Notes under the pieces: model-generated | What the model saw: only the letters and a program-made list of their open reading frames with translations | Database searches by the model: none | What the model was told of the DNA's origin: nothing | In this document: positions 58,647 to 64,000 of the stretch, piece after piece | How the letters are laid out: every line of letters starts with the position of its first letter | Position numbering within the stretch: position 1 is the first letter of the stretch | NCBI RefSeq assembly: GCF_964355755.1 | Contig: NC_092677.1 | Location: forward strand, 10,190,101-10,254,100 | Direction of reading: 5' to 3' | Source of the DNA: Antedon mediterranea | Lineage: Eukaryota; Animalia; Echinodermata | DNA length: 64,000 nucleotides | Position numbers and translations under genes: made by a program

Positions 58647-61600
58647 TAATTTTAGAAATGAGTAACATTAAATATTCAGTAGTCTGGAGTCTCCATTCAC
58701 CATGCACTGATTGTCGTTATCGTACCGTAGGCTAATACGTCAGCTTTTTTCGTCAACCTCATCATTGGCCGTCGTCGTTTCGTAATATAGACGTGTAAGT
58801 CTGTCGCCTATTCGTCGTATTTTCCGTCGTCGTCGTTGCCCCCTCGGTGTCCTTGGTGTGTCAACGCCGTTGTTGGTAATACAAGTCCTAAGTCGTTTAA
58901 ATGTACTGTACAAACATTCTATAACTCATCGTCGTCAAATAGGCCTACCGCAGGCAGTTACTGTAATGTTTTTAGTGGCTAACATGCAGATTATTAAATA
59001 GCTACATTTCAGGAACATTTTAACCCCTGTAACCACTGTAAAGGGACTACAAAAGAACCGTCAACTGTGCCAACACAGTTATCGACCTTGCGCCGTGCTT
59101 GGCCCTATAGTAATATGCCACATCTGGTTAAAGACTGTAGGTTAAACAAGCACCACATACCACGCTACACTCACCGGAAACTGTTTCTTTCCGTTCGTTC
59201 ACCTACAAATACGGGTACAAATGGCAACCTTCCTCAATTATACATTAATATTAGTGATTATATCACCTTTGTCTTGGATTTAATTGACCACAACATCAGC
59301 CGAATTAACCTTTAGGCATAAACGTCACACCGCTAACATGTATATTTGAGCAGGGAGTTGTAAAATACTCCCTGTATTTGAGCATTCACATTCGAAAAAT
59401 GAGGATTTTTGTTCTGTTATGGCACGTCATGTGTGACTTAATTATCTCACGTCTTGGTGTATCAACATCTTTTTCAATAGTATTGGTAATCAAATAGGCC
59501 TACAGAATATCAACTTGACCTGGTAAATTTACTGGTATTGTCTATCTATTTCATCCGGTACCGATGGAAAAATAAAGATCACGTAATAGTGATCGAATTA
59601 TCGTCTTCATCAAAGTTTAAACATGGAGGTACATTAAACACGCACGTCAAATTCCTCGACCATTGGCGATGTTTTTACGTTTACGCCGGAACACGATGTA
59701 ATTTTTAAAAGTAGGCTTACCATACCCTATTGAAATGTAATACTGTAGTATAAAGTAGTCTAACCTAGATCAAATTAGATAAAGTAGGTTGTGTTATGCT
59801 AAGAATATGATCTGAATATGCTATGATATAACATTAATATTAACGATCCAGATCTGTAACGTTGTATTATCGTTGCATGATTTTGATCATCTGACAGACG
59901 TTTCAATTTCCGGCCTTTTAATTTACTACAGAACAAAATGTAATCTGTTCAATTACCCCAAGGTTGAGTTGGAAAAATGCTGATCTACACTATCAGTACC
60001 ATATAAGTACAGTAGAACACCTATTAAGGGGAACACATTTGTGACCACACACTGGTGTCCTCTTATCGATGTTCCCTGAATAGGAGTGCACCCAAATAGG
60101 CGTTATTATATAATAAAATAAGCTCTGTCTACACTATCAAACTAGTTTGACAAAAAAGTGTTATGTGCCCAAATGGTAGTGATAAGCCCCGTGATAAGCC
60201 TAAATATGATGATGGTGATATGACATCATTATATTTATATATGAGCACATCACATGTTTTGTCACATAACATTTGATAGTGTAGACAGAGCTTAACGATA
60301 AAAGTTAGCAAAAAAGTCAATCAATAAATATACAAATTTTCTTATGAAACGATTGACTGGTTTTTATCCGACCTCAGCTGAATTTTTATTCAAAGATCCA
60401 ATGACCTAGTATCTGTTGCTATATCCATTTCATTGTTAAATTATAGGAAGTGATTTTAACAAAGAAAACAACAATCAAAACATATAATAATAAAAGTGTG
60501 AACATAAAGCAAGTCTCTCCGGCCGGATACAGACAAATACCGTATAGCATTTTCAATTGCGGAGGCGAAAAGTATATAAATTAATCTAGGCCTAGTCCTA
60601 TATTTATTTTATTTTTTGTTTCAGTATGGACAGAGTGATTGACCCACCGGGCCCAGGTCATACTCGTCTTATGCATGTGTTCCATCCATAAACCATTGAA
60701 CAATTGAAACTTTTTCTTGATAGCAATCCCCTCGATGCCCTAGGCTTATTTTTCTTTAATTGAATTGGTGTCAAACGGCAAGATTTCCCGTGAAGTTCGC
60801 CAGTTGTTGCTTGCCGGGTTAACATAGCCTGGCTTACAATTTACATCGAATATATCGTGATCTTATGAATTCTATTTATTATGTTCAGGTTTCGTTGTTC
60901 TATTAGTCAAGTTCAATTAAAGTTTAAATGATGATATTAAATGGATTGGAGGAAATATAAAATAATTTAGAGGCCTATCCACACTACAGGCCTATATTGC
61001 AGAAAACATGCGTGCGCGCGCCTCAACTAATTTTATATTTTATATTGATTTTATTCGACTAATACTCTCGTAAATTGCCTACACAGTACAATATAAAAAT
61101 ATGAATCAATCTCAACAAAAGCAACGATAAGATCACCGATCAAAATCTCAATAAAATTTAATTTTATAAAATGACCTGGAAATCTTTTGATAACATAACA
61201 AGGAGCTTAATGAATTGTGCGGAGGAATGCATACTACAATCTTAAAATTCTCCAGTAACTGAAGAGAAATTAATCTATGCCTAGGTCACGTTAATTTGTG
61301 CTTCAGCCGGTAATTATAGAATTCCGTTGAATTTTCTTACATTAAAAAATTGTTTCCGCTATCACTAATGGGGAACTCGGAGGGATATTAGTGTGGACAT
61401 GTTTTCCTGAAGAAAGTTGTTTAAGGCGAGTGTGTCCATGTGGTGATGTTACACCAACGAGTGAACCAGGGACGTATGGAACACCGTGGTACATCATGGT
61501 CAATGTTTGTGAGGGTATAGCATCGCCATGGACACACATAACGTGACGTCATCACACTCTGGCACACGTTGTCAATATACAAAAGATATTAATTAGAATC

Positions 61601-63498
61601 ACAGTACTGTATAGAACATTATTTAAATATTACTAGTTAGGAAGATTTCAAAGCTCCCATTCGATATTGCGATATTCCTCACAATCCATTATTCGCGACT
61701 TTTGGCGGATTCTAGAGAACAGGTCCAGCCTAGAAGATGACACACATGTCCAGGTCAGGTCAAATTTAAATGCGCCAGGTCAGGAGGCTATCGTCCTATT
61801 TTAGTTGATATAAACGACTTGTTGAAAATTTTACACCACAAGGGTTTATATTTCAATACACAATATTATATTATTGGATAAGTATGAAATTCTATGTATA
61901 TCATTAATATCATGAAAACATGAATGGTTCTAGGTATAGTAGGCTAGAAGTAGAAGTTAATTTATATAACAAAACATAAGGAAGGAATTATTAACAAGCG
62001 ATTACATAGCAGCTAACGATGTTTCGATTGCTGTCTTTTAGACCACTGTGACTCGAGTATGCAACGCAAACGTGACAAACAAAGCTGATGACTTTTACCA
62101 TGCAGGATGTAACCTCCATGCTTTCTTTTTACAGTAATTTTAGTGGACTTTCTAATGATACCATTTTAGCGTTCCATAGTTGAGGTGTCGTATTTTCATC
62201 AGACCCACCATGGTCAAAGGATGAGCTGTATTGACAACCACTGTCTGTCTGACCTTGTCTGGTGGAAAACCTCCCTGTAGTGACGTAATGACGAAGCGAT
62301 GATAATATTTGACATCCATTAATGTTTAGTCATTTTACAAGACAATGAATAAATGATAACCAACTCCAATTTATGTTGAACCCCATCCAACTTAATTATA
62401 AATAAACTTGGGTGGTACAATAAGATACCCATTTAAAAACAAACACCTCGTAAAATCACCGACGCTTGAAACTTGAACTGGCAGTCTGACTCGGGAATCT
62501 ATTAATCATAAAGCACCAAGTCCGCAACATATCACGTTCACATAAGATTTTATCGTGCTTGTACATCTTGTACGATGGCCACTGCTGCTACTTACTACTG
62601 CTCTACATGCCATGTGGCTACTGAGATGAGTAATTCTTCGCGCAATTTAATTATACTCACTAGTAAAGGAGCTAAATGTACCATTCACATAAAACAGTTA
62701 GAGGAAAAATGGAAAAAAATCAGCACTAGGTCATGTTACAAGAGTTGTAAACAATATAGATTATTTGATAAAAATCCTAGAAAGTAGGAAACCTTTTGCC
62801 ATTTTTCCTCTGATTGAAAAGACATTATCATTGAAACATATTATTTAGGTTTACAATTTAGCCTATATGAAGAAAATTTACCGATAGCAGTCTATAGTCT
62901 AATGATAAGGAGGTGTCTTTCTAATTCAGGATTGGAATTTCTCCATTGATGGACTTTATAAGAGATGTGATTGTGAGTGTTTTTTGTGGGGCAGGGGGAT
63001 GGGGGGGAGGGGGTAGTTAGGTGGGTTAAGATTCACAATACTTTACTCATCTTATTATCCATCCGAATATAATACTTTATTAGTTTAGACCTATGACATG
63101 CATTGAACGTGTAATGTAGCCTAAACCATATTTGAGTGTTCTACTTCTACAACTTAATCAGTGAGTTTATTCAAACAAAACTTACCAACTTCCTACATAC
63201 AAACGACAGTACACATTCTCTAGTATAAATCCATGATGTGAGTCACCATTTAGCGATCCGTATCGAGTAACAACTTATCGCCAACTGTGCACGATAAAGT
63301 TCTTAAATTTCCAAACTAAGATTATATTCGTTGATAGAGGGAGGCCTTGCTAAAATTCTTATTATCAAATGTCAATGTTTTCTTTTTTTTTCTTTAAAAC
63401 TTTATCGAAATCACGTAATTATTGGTCACTGTACATTTCAGTTAGATCTTTATATTAACAAAAGACAATTTTAACTATCAACTACTTTTTTTATTTAA

Positions 63499-63842
63499 AG
63501 ATATATTGTCCCCCTAAAAAAATTTTTTTTACATTTTTTTGTTGAATATGTTATTTTAATGTCACATAATAGTTATTCACTCTCACAAAAAATTGGGTCT
63601 GAACAAAATTTATTTACCTGAGAAAAATGTAATTTAAAGCAAAAAATGGTCAAATTGTCTGGAAGACAATGAGTTTTTGGGTAATTTAACTGTTTATTTT
63701 GTCTTTTTATAGATGAAATAATTTTTTCCCCCGTTTTTTTTTCTTATGGAAGTGAACAACTTCATTAAAACTGCAAAATGGCCTATTCAAAGTCCGATTT
63801 TAAAAATCTATATTTTTCATGATTTTGGGGGATAATACATCT
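63499..63842. mobile_element. TTAA-flanked non-autonomous DNA transposon (Kolobok-like AG...CT termini)
   Basis: TIRs AGATATATTGTCCCCC / GGGGGATAATACATCT (14/16 match), TTAA on both sides. A matching right end lies at about 8040-8076. Confidence 0.75.
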
Positions 63843-64000
63843 TTAAAGAAAGTTATGTCTATCTATTGTTCAAATCGCGCATTAGGCCTATATTATCTGT
63901 AGGTTCTCTTATCTTTCAAAATCTTTTGTAGCCTAAAATTGATCAATTAGTTATTTGATTAATTAGTTGTTTATCATTTGCTCACAACATTAAATTGTCA

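Noticed and set aside
59400-63400. Possible additional gene upstream of CHST
   Set aside because: Only short unrecognisable ORFs (61342-61539, 62575-62787); likely regulatory DNA or 5' UTR introns.

Overview
AT-rich animal genomic DNA with GT-AG introns. An invertebrate deuterostome, possibly an echinoderm, is inferred from the repeat types. There is no CRISPR array or prokaryote-like system. Five protein-coding genes were reconstructed by hand: the 3' 13 exons of COG4 (+), a 5-exon ubiquitin-like/ankyrin gene (ANKRD60-like, +), an intronless small heat-shock protein with two alpha-crystallin domains (+), a complete 22-exon P4-ATPase ATP9B-like gene (+) with a probable alternative first coding exon, and a single-exon carbohydrate 6-O-sulfotransferase (-). 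Non-coding DNA is dense in non-autonomous elements: at least four MITE families with TWA target duplications (PIF/Harbinger-like, some nested), Helentron-type HINE/DINE-1-like elements, tRNA-derived SINEs, a candidate 5S-rRNA-derived SINE, a TTAA-flanked element, and several young tandem arrays. The most notable observations are the 5S-headed SINE candidate, heat-shock elements inside a Helentron-like element upstream of the sHSP locus, satellites arising from a MITE end and from a COG4 splice donor, and the alternative ATP9B N-terminus. All family assignments come from recalled motifs, not database searches.
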